Part shown: positions 35,843-47,702 of the stretch, piece after piece
Position numbering within the stretch: the stretch's first letter is position 1
Layout of the letters: the number at the start of each line of letters is the position of its first letter
Translations under genes and position numbers: made by a program
Notes under the pieces: model-generated
Seen by the model: only the letters and a program-made list of their open reading frames with translations
Told to the model about the DNA's origin: nothing
Databases searched by the model: none
Assembly: GCA_033442325.1 (NCBI GenBank)
Contig: JAWQFM010000025.1
Location: forward strand, 951,278-1,002,049
Origin: Salpingoeca rosetta
Lineage: Eukaryota > Protista > Choanoflagellata
Length of the DNA: 50,772 nt
Direction: 5' to 3'

Positions 35843-37492
35843 ATGGCTGCCTTCCCCGTGAACGTGTCACTGGACAACCTGTACCTTGGATGGCCAGGCA
35901 TGAACGAGGACACGGTGCCGCTGGAGGTGGTGTGCAACATGCTGGACCCACACGTGCGGGAGCTGAGCATCACGCACACGTCTTACACCGCCATCCACAT
36001 GTGCCAGGGCAACTTTGACTCCATCTTCCTGCAGCACAACACGCAGCTGCAGACCGTGCACATTGAAGACGACAACCTTGTGCAGCTCAATGTGTCGTTC
36101 AGTGAGCACCTGCACACGCTGCAGGCCCCCTTTGTTGAGGTGATTGACGTGTCCAGCACCAAACTGGCGCCAACACGCGCCATGTGCTCATCGTGGGGCG
36201 CAACGATGTTGTTTGCCCGGTCCATGATCGATGATGGCTTCCGGTCGCCAACGACAGCGCGCCGGCTGCTGCGCCGCTGCCTCACGTTTGTGCAAGTGGT
36301 GGACCTGTCGCAGAACGAGTGGCTGAACCAACTCGACCTCATCACACCCATCACGGAGCAGATCACGGTGCTGGCGCAGCTCCAGTTCAAGTCCACAGAC
36401 TTCAGCATCACCCTCACGTCACGCACCTCGCCACCCATTCTGCAATTGGAGCAGGTGCCCATCGAATGCAACCTGCGGCTGCGCAGCGAGGTGTTGCGTC
36501 ATGCCCAAAACCTGGACGGCCTGTCCACTGAGGTTGTCTACTTCTTCGACTGCAAGTGCTCCAGCGGGCACCGCATCGACAGCAGCGGCCACTGCCAGAA
36601 GGTGGTCGTGCAGCTTGCGCCCATCATCGTTGGCTCCGTAGTGGCTGGGCTGGTGCTGCTTGCTCCGCTTCTGTTCTGGCTGTACCGCCGTTATAGAAGC
36701 ACGCGTGCGAGTGACAGCTTGCACAAGCAGCTGCTGTCGGAGCGAGACGAGGAGGTGATGGCACTGAAGAAGGCGTGGGAGATTGGATACGATGAGCTGA
36801 GGATGATCAAGCGTGTAGCTGCGGGTGCCTTTGGTGTTGTATTCAAGGCCAAGTGGGACACGCTGGCAGTGGCGGTGAAAGTGCTGCAGCAGACACACAT
36901 GAGCCTGGATGACATGTCCATGGGCGCTGAGTTTGAGAAGGAGGTGGAGTTTCTGCAGCGGACACGGCACCCGCACGTGGTGCGGTTCTTTGGTGCGGGC
37001 ACAGACCCCAACGGCAGCCCGTTCCTGGTGCTGGAGTTTGTGGCGATGGGGTCGCTGCGCGAGCTGCTACAGCGTGACTGGGACACGATGCTGAAGGAGG
37101 TCAAGACGAAGCAGCTGCAGCTGCACGCAGATGAAGACGATGAAGGGGACGGTGAGTATGCTGCGAGTGGTGGCATTGACAGTAGCATTGGTGGTGGTCG
37201 TGGTGGTGGTGGTTGTGTTGATGGTGGCGTACACGCGTCAACGCGTTCACCACCATCTTCATCTGGTGTTGGGGGACTGGTGGAGTCCCTGCTCGCCGCC
37301 CCAGGCGTGCTACCCTCATCAACTGCTGACCAACAGCAACACCAGCACGACCAGAGGCGAACGCGATCACGGGTGCAGTCTGTAATGCATGTGACGTCAC
37401 CATGGCAGCTGAAGCTGCGGCTGCTGCGTGATGTTGTCAGCGGGATGGCGTTCATCCACAGCCTTGGCCACGTGCACAGGTCGGGGTCTGGC

Positions 37493-37532
<40 letters not shown>

Positions 37533-38560
37533 CGTGTGTATGTGTGTGTTGTGTATGTGTGTTTTGTTGATTGCTTCACTTCAACTGCTCAGATGCGTGT
37601 GTGGACATGTCTTAATCATCGTCAGCACATGCACGCATGTTCACACACACACAATACAATCACACAGGGATTTGAAGAGCGGAAATGTGCTGGTGTCTGC
37701 CTCGCTTCGCGCCAAGATTACGGACTTTGGGTCCATTCGCCAGTGCCTGGTTGGCCACGGACACACCACGACCACGACGGTGACCACACGAACGCCAATA
37801 CATCATCGCTCCCTCCTCTCCTTGAATAGGCGATCGATGCACCAAGATAGAAGCGACAGCAACACCAACACCAACAGCAGCAGTGGTGGTGGTGATGATG
37901 ATGATGATTGTGGTTGTGGTGATGATGGTGATGACGTCCAAGAGGACCTGCCGTACTCGCAGCAGATGGGTGGCGAGACAATACACCTGACGATGACAGC
38001 CGGTGTGGGCACGCCGCTGTACATGGCACCAGAGGCGCTGACAGGCAGCAGATATGACGCCAAGGCAGACGTGTTCAGCTTTGGCGTGCTGATGTGGGAG
38101 GTGGCGACACAGCGTGTACCAGACCTGATTGCGCAGGAGAAGGGCAACAACTACCAGGGGCCCATGCTGGCTATGCTCAGCACCTTGATGCGGGACGGCA
38201 AACGCCTGCGCTTCGATGGTGTGTTAGTTGTTGTTGTTTAAGTTGTTGTTGTTTGTTGTTGTTTAAGTTGTTGTTTAAGTTGTTGTTGCTGTTGTTGTTG
38301 TCGCGAATACTTCCTTCTATGTTTTCCTCTATTCGTGTCTATGTGTGTGTGTGTGCAGCTGTTGGGCACGAAAAGCGTCTTCGTTCCTTCTCACGCGTGC
38401 CTGTGCTCGTTCACTGTGTGCAGATGAGAAGGACGCGTCTGTTGCCGCCTGGTATCGGGAGCTGACGACAGATTGCATGGCGCAGTCGCCGACCCAGCGG
38501 CCCACATTTACTGCTTTGAAGAAGAGGCTCGAGGCGCCATCATCATCAACCAACGTGTAG
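33148..38560 (+). CDS. Leucine-rich-repeat receptor kinase (signal peptide, LRRs, Cys module, TM, TKL-group kinase); 4 exons
   Basis: Exons 33148-33276 (signal), ~33689-37479, 37668-38218 and 38424-38560. More than 15 LxxLxLxxNxL repeats and TM IIVGSVVAGLVLLAPLLFWLY. Kinase motifs AAGAFG, VAVK, HR|DLKSGN, DFG, GTPLYMAPE, DVFSFG and RPTF. Confidence 0.93.
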
Positions 38561-38567
38561 TGTGTGT

Positions 38568-38628
<61 letters not shown>

Positions 38629-38630
38629 CT

Positions 38631-38681
<51 letters not shown>

Positions 38682-38696
38682 GTGCGTGTGTGTGGG

Positions 38697-38734
<38 letters not shown>

Positions 38735-38831
38735 GTGCCGCTGCACTCTTGCTTGACTACTTTTCATGCTGTGGCATTTAGGTTTCGTGCTCGTGGATGA
38801 ATGATAAAAGAATTTGCATAATTTTCGGCGG

Positions 38832-38838
38832 TAGCAAC
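38832..38838 (-). promoter_or_regulatory. Candidate RFX (X-box half-site) GTTGCTA upstream of CFAP58
   Basis: TAGCAAC on + lies about 120 bp upstream of the inferred ATG of a ciliary gene. It is only 7 bp and also occurs elsewhere in the window. Confidence 0.35.
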
Positions 38839-38958
38839 CAGCCACAAAACACAGCAAGCAGAGCGACACATCCAGCCAGCCCCACACACCACAGCGCCGC
38901 TTTGCTTGACTTGACTTGATCTCTCCTCCCTCACCTCCAACAAACACACACACCAGCC

Positions 38959-39957
38959 ATGGTACGATGGAGTATGAGATGAGAGCGATGGAGAGAGGCA
39001 GAAGGGACAGAGGAGGGACAGAGAGCGCGAGAGAATGTGTGTGTTGTGTGTGTGTGTGTGAGGTTTGTGTGTCATGCACAGTGTTTGTGTTGGCGATGAT
39101 GGCGATGCTGGAACCGTCCTCAGCTCACAGAAACTCACCAACGAATCAATGACCATGCTGGCAGTCTGAGGACGGCGCGATGGAGGATGAGCTGCAGGAT
39201 TTTGCGGAAGCACTCGACCGGTTCTCCGACGACCCCGCGTTCTCCCCGTTCCGTGAAGAATACGAAAACCTCCTGGAAGGTGCGTCACTGCCCGCTGTGG
39301 CTGGCTTGCATGCGTGCTTCTCGTCGTCGTTGGTAGCACGAAGCGTGGTGCCATGGAGGAGCGAGAACCCTAAGCACTCTTTTTGCCCCATGTACCACGC
39401 ACCCTTGTCTCACCGTGCTTCTCCGTGGCCTTGCATTCATCAAACCCCCCTCTTTAGCTCTGGAAAAGGCGCACGACAACGAGCGGCGGCTGGAGTCCAA
39501 GTGCCGCGAACTGAACGCAGAGCTCGTCTCCAACGCAGCCAAAGTGCAGTCCGCGCTCCAGGTACACTTGGCTCGCAGTGATGCTCAAGAGAGGCGGCGC
39601 ATCGTGTTGTCTGTGCGTGTGTGTTATGTGTGTGTGTTGTGTGTGCGTGCGTGTGTCTATATGTGTGCGTGCGTATGTGAATGTGTGTGTTTTGTGTTAG
39701 CGAAGCAATCTGAACATGTGCTAACGCTCTGGTGTTTATTCACACTCGTACGCACGCCACAACACACTCACACACACACACACACGCACACACACACACA
39801 CACTCCCTCTCTTGGGCACAGAACAACCGGGATGATGAGATGTCGGTTGCGCATCTGCAGAAGGAGGTGGACGAGGCGTGGAAGCTCGTGGACCAGGCGC
39901 GTGAGAACGAGGCCAAACTCAAGGAGCAGCTGGAGGAAATGCGGGTACGGCCTGCTT

Positions 39958-40031
<74 letters not shown>

Positions 40032-42101
40032 GGGTTGGGTTGGATGGCGAAAGAAGTTGTCTGTGAGGTTGGTGGCGTGTCTCGTCCACGATGAACAACA
40101 CACGGAGGCGCAGGGAGCACACATATGTAGTCTAGCGGCGTAGTTTAACGCTTCCAGGCACTCTCGCTCACACTCACACATACACACTCACTCACGCGCG
40201 CGCATACATGCACACTCACTCTCTCGCTCACACTCACTCTCACACGCTTTTACACGCACACGTGCGCTGTCCAGGATGAGATGGTGAAGTTGAATGAGGA
40301 GATTGAGGAGCAGACGTCGCAGGCGCACCAGAAGGGGGAGGAGCTCACTGCTCTCGGCGCACGCAAGAAAGAGCTCGAGATTGAACGCGAAAACTTGCTC
40401 GAACAGGTGTGGAGGGAGAGGCGTGCACTGTGGTGTGCGTGTCTGCGTGTGTGTATGTGTCTGTGTCTGTGCGTCTGCGTGTGTCTGTGTGTCTGTCCGT
40501 GTGTGTGTGTGTGTGTGTGTGTCTGTGTGTCTGTCCGTGTGTGTGTCTGCCTGTGCGTACTCGTCTGCCTGTGTGTCCGTCATCCTGCCGTCCTGTCTGC
40601 GTTCCTCCACGTTGGTGAGGTGCCACAATTGCACCGTAGCTTCACTCACTCACCGCCACCACCACCACCACCACCATCATCATGATCACCACCACCACCA
40701 ACATGCGCTCCCTCCCCCCAATACGAACACCAGGCGAGCAAGTTGAACCAGCAGATCACGGACCTGCGAGAGGAGCAGAACAAGTTGGAGCAAGGCCGCG
40801 CGGAGGCGACGGCGCGTGTTGACGAGCTGGAGGAGATGTTGACACAGAAGCAGTCCGAGTCTGACCGAGAGGCCCGCAAGAAGGCGCACCTCGAACGCGA
40901 ACTCGCGGTGCGGTTGCTGGCGTAGAGACGCAGTTGTGTGTGTGGTTGTGTGTGTGTTGGGGGGGGGGGTTGTGCGCTGTCTTGTGTACTTGCGTGTACT
41001 TGCCCGTACTCGCGTGTGTGCCGACCGTTGTTGTGTACACGTCTCACCACCACTACCGCCACCACCTCGCTTAACCAAAACCGTCTTCGTTTGTGTGCAG
41101 ACGCGGCGCCAAGAGCTGGAGGAGAAGCAGAGCGACGCAACAGAGGCTGGCGAGCAGCTGAAGGAAACACAGATGGTGAGAGGCCATGCAACACCAGCGT
41201 GCCGTGTTATGCACTGTGGATTGCACGCACGCGTTTTGTGTTGTGATTGTTTCGCTGCCATCAACCCCCGTGTTGTGTCGCACAGCCGTTGCCAAAATCC
41301 AGTGCTGTGCCACAAACACGTGGCCCAACACTTTTGCTCCTTTCTCACGCCAACTGCAATGCACAACACCATCACGACCACCACGCACACCTCACATCAC
41401 GCACACATGCCATACAACTCACACACATTACATTACACATGCCATTCATCTCACACACACACACAACACCCTTGTTCCGTGCTCACACCAACCACTTCCT
41501 CAACACCCTTCGCAGATGGTGCAAGAGCTGACGGGCCAACTGGACGAGAAAGAAGCAGAGTTGTCGCTGGTGCAGCAGGAGATGATGGAGCTCGCGCAGA
41601 AGAACAGCAGACTCGAGAAACAGGTGTGGTCGGTGGAGGCGGCGGCGGCAGTGGTGGTGGTGGTGGTGGTGGCAGCAGGTGTTGTTGCTGTTGTGGTGTT
41701 TGCTAATCAGATGTGAACATGTTTTTACATTGAATCGCACACATGAACCCTAACTCACTAACATCACACATGCACACACACATGCGCACACACGCACATC
41801 AACTACACCCCCCCCCACCACACACACATGCACATCAACTACACACCCCAACCCAATTGCGTGCGTGCGTCAGGTTGAGGAGAGCATGATGGCGAACCAG
41901 AATGCGTTTGAAGACATGATGAAGATGAAACAGGAGCTCAAGCAGCGCGAAGACGAGCTCCTCTCCCTCAAGGGCGACTGCCAGAAACTCCAGAAGGTGA
42001 TGCATTGTCGTGACTTAAGGGGGTGGGGCTGTGTTGTGTGGCGTGGTGATGGGTGCATTTGTTTGTGTGCATTACCTGTGTCTGCTTGCGTACGTGTGTG
42101 C

Positions 42102-42152
<51 letters not shown>

Positions 42153-43573
42153 GACTGTGTTTGCTTGCGTATGAGTGCGTGATATTCGTCTCTCCATGCA
42201 CGTTGTGTGGCTGCTTCACAACGCCCCTCTCCACGTCTCACCGCAAGCTGCCATCACGACCACGCACGTGTGTCTGCAGTCGAACGAGGCTGTTGCGCGC
42301 AAGTTGAAGGCGAGCGAGGACAAACGTCTGGAGCTCATCAGCAGCCGGGACCTCCTCAAGGTGTGGCGTGATTGCGTATTCGTGTGTATGTGTGTGTAAA
42401 TGTGTGTGTGTGTGTGTGTACATGTGTGTGTGTACATGCGTGGATGTTTCCTGCAAGAATGCTTCGCGGAGTTGTCATCAGCAAGAACTCCCACAACATT
42501 GTCCCAACTCTCTTCACAATGTCTTTGCCACCACCACCACCACCACCCTCACCGCCACCATCACTGCAGGGCGAGCTTGGAGCGCTTGAGCGGGAGTTGG
42601 AGGCGTCGAAGCGGCAGAACGAGAGCGACCGCAAGCGACTGGACGAGATGGCGCGCAACCGCGACATGCTCACGAAGAAGGTGCTGACATCGTCCAAGGA
42701 GACGGAAGCGCAGGAGGTCCTCGTCAAGGTCAGCAAGCCGTCGTGATCATGACAATATAATGGTCGTGGTTGTGACGATGATCGTGACGGTTATGCTGGG
42801 AGAGTCGGATGGGGTATAAGAGGGTGCGCGCGTGTACGTCTGTGTGTGTCTGTGCCTGTGCACTGATGGGTGACTGTTTGTGCTTGTGTTTGTGGCGTCA
42901 CGCTGCAATGCGTGCTTGCGCTCACCACCGCCGCCGCCGCCGCCGCTATCACCAACACCACACCACCTGTTCAGATGCACGAGAACACGAAGAAGACGCT
43001 TGAGGCCGAGATTGCGGGATTCAAGGAGGAGGCCGCAAAACAGCGCAAGATCATCTTCCAGCTCGAAAAGGTAAACGACGTCCATGATGCATGGTGGTGG
43101 TGTGGTGATAGAGGTGTTGGCAGTGCAGGTAGGGTGGGCGGTGAAAGGTGTGGCTAGTGCTCCTCCATGTCCTGCACTCTCTTGCTGCTTAAACACACAC
43201 GTGCATGCACGCACACGCACACACACACACTCATTCACTCACTCACTCACTCACTCACTCACACTCTCACACACACACACACTCTCTCTCTCTCTCACAC
43301 ACACACATACACACATATACTCACTCACTCACTTACTCACTCACTCACTCACACATACACACATACACACATACACACATGCTACACCTCCCCCCCCCTC
43401 TCTCTCTCAGGAGCGGGACAAGTACATCAACGATGCGAGCGCAACGCAGGCGCGGGCTGTGCAGGCGATGGAGGAAGTCAAGTTGGCTGATGCGCAGGTC
43501 CTCGACCTCAAGAAGAAGCTTGCAGACGCAGAGGCAAAGCTCAAGCAGCAGCAGAGGTCAGCCCGTGGCGTGT

Positions 43574-43645
<72 letters not shown>

Positions 43646-44673
43646 GGCGTGTCGTGTGTGTGTGTGTGTGTGTTGTGCATCTGTATCGATGTGTGCATGC
43701 GTGTGCATTTGTGTGCCTCCACCCTTTTGGATGTGTCTCCCTAACGCTTGCGTGCGTGTGCTCACATATTTGACGCACCGAACCACATCCACCATCATCA
43801 TCGCCATTGTGATCATCACAACACCGCTTGTCAGCCTGTACGAGCAAGTGCGGAGCGACAGAAACATGTACAGCAAGAATTTGATTGAGGCGCAGGATGA
43901 GATTGCGGAGATGAAGAGGAAACTCAAGATTATGAACCACCAAATCGACCAGCTCAAGGTGCCTGCTCGGATGCTTGCGTGTGCTTTCGTATGTGTGTGT
44001 GTGGGTGGGTGTGTGGGTGTGTGTGTGGTGTGTGTCTTTGTGTGTGTGTGGGGGGGGTGTGGGTGTGTGTGTGTGGGTGGGTGCTTTTGTGTGTTTGTGG
44101 GTGTGTGAGTGTATCCTTCTTCGCGTTTTTTTGTGTCTGCCTGCAACTTGTGCGTGTCAACACATGTATGCAATTGCTGCGCCCTCATCACGACACGAAC
44201 GCGTCTCATTCGCGTTAACAGGAGGAGATTTCGACAAAGGAGGCGCATCTGCAAAAGGAGCACCACATGTACGAGACGGTGAGTACGCACACACACGCAC
44301 ACATATACACACGCACATGCACACGCACACGCACACATATACACACACACGCACACATGCACACACATGCACACATGCACACACATGCGGAGGAATGCTG
44401 CGTTGGTTGTTCGATGCAACACCAACACACCAGCGCCACTGCACACCATGTCTCATCATGAACCACCATCACCGCCACCATCGCCGCCCTACAGCTCGAC
44501 ACGCAAAAGAACAAGCTCAAGGCGGAGCTGGACCGGCTCAAGGTAACAATGCCTGCAGGCACGAATCGTTTACACGAAATCTGGTGTAATCACTTTTGGC
44601 GGGTGTGTCTCTGTGTGTGCGACATCGAGCGAGTGCTGGCTCACACACACACACACACACACTCTCTCTCTCT

Positions 44674-44705
<32 letters not shown>

Positions 44706-45316
44706 CACACACACACAGATTGTGAATGCGACGCACTTGAAGAGCATTGCGGAGAAGACAAGTGAGAAAGAGGCGCTGGAGAAACTCATCAAGGACGCCG
44801 AGGAACGTGAGTTGATTGCACACATGCGCGCGCACGCACACACACACGCGCGCGCGCGTGAGTTCACAGAGGGAAGACTGGGCGAGATTGCTTCACCTCA
44901 ACGCCGCCGCCATTACACCCTGCAATGGAAACAAGTCAACCTCCATCTCCTCAACATGCCGCCGCCATCCGCCTGACGCACTTCACACCCCACCATCGTT
45001 TTACACCAACTCACTCACCCCACCTCCACCGCCACACCACCACCGTCGCGTCGCGTCCCTTCAGAGTACAAGCGGCTGCAGGACGAGAACCAGCGGGTGA
45101 TGAAGATGAGAGACAGCTTTGCCATCCAACTCACCCGGCGCAACGCCGAGCTTGAGCTGCTGTACCAAAAGCTGCAGATTCAGGCGTCAACACTGGAGAA
45201 AGGAGAAGTGCAGTACCGCCAGCGCGAGGAGGACATCCGACTGCTCAAGGTCGAGATCAAACGCCTCAAGCGCGAACGATCCCTTCTCTCAAAGGTGCGC
45301 AGCTGTCTGTGTTGTG

Positions 45317-45374
<58 letters not shown>

Positions 45375-46871
45375 AGTGTGTGTATTCGTGCGTGTGCGTG
45401 TGTGTGTGTGTGTGGAGTGTGTGTGTATGCGTGCGTGTGTGCATGTGCTCCAGTTGGCTCAAGCCGTCACTCTGTGCTCACCACTTCACCACTTCTCCTT
45501 CCCACTACCACCGCCACCAACACCGCCACCAGAATGTGTCGAACATCGAGGAGCTCCGACGGGAGCTGTTCAAGGTGCAGCGGGAACTGCTCAAGGAGAA
45601 GACGCGATGCAAAGCGCTGGAGGAGGAGGTGCAGACGCCAATGAACGTCCACAGATGGCGCAAGCTCGAGGGCAGGTCCGTCAAACCGTGTGTGTGTATG
45701 TGTGCATGCGTGTGTATGCATGTGCATGTGTGTATGCGTGTGTATGCGTGTGCATGTGTGTGTATGCGTGTGCATGTGTATGTGTGTGTGTGTGTGATAT
45801 TGTGTTTGTAATCTGGCTCCTTGCTCGCCGTGTCAATATTCTCGTCAGCAGCTGTCTCACCCACCACACCACGCAATATGACGCAATATGATTGTTTTGT
45901 TCGACCCACCAGCGATCCGAAGACGTTTGAGATGATACAAAAGATCCAGACACTGCAGAAACGGCTGATCCAGAAGACGAGCGAAGTCGTGGAGAAGGAG
46001 CTCAAGATTCAGGAGAAGGAGAGGCAGTACGTCGAACTCAAGGTCCGCACGCGTGTGCGTGTGCATGTGTGGGTGTGCAAACGTTTTGTGGTTTTCTTCG
46101 GCTGTTGCTTGTGCAATTCACCCCAACCTGCAACACACACACAAGTTCACACATACACACACACACAAGTTCACACATACACACACACACACAAGTTCAC
46201 ACATACACACACGCACACACACACACACACAAGTTTACACCAGTCTCACGCTTCTGCACCAACACCACCACTACCAGACGATCCTTGCGAGGCAGCCCGG
46301 CCCCGAGGTGGCTGAGCAGCTGCAGGTGTACCAGCAGGCGGTCAAGGAGAAAACGCGACAACTCAAGTCCATGGCGTCGGAGGTCAACATGTACCGCGCA
46401 CAGGTCGACGAGCACAAGTTTGAGCTCGACCGCGTGGTGAAGGAGCTCCATGACCTCAAGAAGAAGTCAGTTGCATTGCTGTGCCGTGTCGCGTCGTGTC
46501 GTGTAGGCTGGGTGTGGGCTGGGGTGAGGCGGGGTTGTTGCTTTGTTGTGGACGCTATGTCTTTTGGAAAGCCTCGCGTTGCACCTGGGTGGTGTGCTGG
46601 TGATGTGTCCCGTTATTGTGGATGTGTCTGGTGAGCACGCCGTGCTGCATCCACAGCTACTACCCTCAGCTTCCCGCCACTCAAAGCCTTGCTCTGCTTT
46701 GATTCACTGCTTGCGTCACCTTCCTTTCTCAGGTACTTTGAGCAGAAGAAGAAGGACATGTTGCGACGGGATAAGGAGCAAGCAATGCGGCCCGTGCCAC
46801 CACCCGAGCACATTGCAAACAGACCACGCTTCACTGGTGGCGGCTTTAGCCTCAAGACACCAACCACATAA
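38959..46871 (+). CDS. CFAP58: Cilia- and flagella-associated protein 58 (coiled coil); about 20 exons
   Basis: ALEKAHDNERRLESKCRELNAELVSNAAKV, LQKEVDEAWKLVD, YEQVRSDRNMYSKNLIEAQDEIAEMKRKLKIMNHQIDQLK, PMNVHRWRKLEG|SDPKTFEMIQKIQTLQKRLI, LARQPGPEVAEQL and PRFTGGGFSL. The start is either an ATG-only exon at 38959 or the ATG at 39180. Confidence 0.93.
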
Positions 46872-46967
46872 CAGCTATATCGTGTGTGTGTGTGTGTGTG
46901 TGCGTGAGTGTGTGTGTGTGTGTGTTTTCGTGTCGTGGGAGTTGAGCAGTCTCAATGTGCGTGTGTT

Positions 46968-47095
46968 GTTGCTATCCCCTTTCTGCAACTCTCTGGTTAA
47001 CTTCCCCAAGGCTTCTGCTTTGTTGCACTGCAATACCTTCGCAACCTTGTGCAATCGTGAAATGGAGGTGTGGTCCATCAGCAACCAAACGCACA

Positions 47096-47131
<36 letters not shown>

Positions 47132-47231
47132 ATTATGCATGCACTTGTTTGCTTGGTAGGAGTGCGATGTCGTTGCTATCACCTTTCTGCAACTTCCCCG
47201 AGTCTTCTGCTTGTTGTTACCTTCGCAAACC
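46968..47231 (+). repeat. Diverged direct repeat (two ~60-80 bp copies)
   Basis: gttgctatc(c/a)cctttctgcaact...ttcccc(a/g)ag(g/t)cttctgctt...accttcgcaa at about 46968-47046 and 47172-47231. Confidence 0.75.
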
Positions 47232-47702
47232 ATCGGTAACAAAGGCATACGCAAAAGCACACGTCTCGTTTTGACAGAGCAGCAGTATTGCCGTTCGGGC
47301 CCCATGACTTTTCACGCGTGAGTCGCGCGTCGCAGGATTTGACGGATGGTCACGTAAACACTTACGCATGCACACATTTACTTTGACACTCCGTGGCGTC
47401 ATGCGTGACGTCATGTTGCAAGAACGCGCAAGAGTGATTCTTGGAAGACGTGCTTTTCGCAAGCTTCCAGGAATTGTTCGTCCACAGATGCACAAACGTC
47501 CCTCCCCACGCCAGTCTCAGGGAGGGAACCGCCTTCCACACCAAGCCATCATAGCCATCATGTGTGGGCGACGACAACGACGACGATGATGGAAGTGTAA
47601 AAACGCGAGCACGCTCGTTTCGCAGTAACCTCAACACCTCATCCATTTACTCTCACTCGACAAGAACCACAGACACGTTCTTATCGCCCACACATACCCA
47701 CG

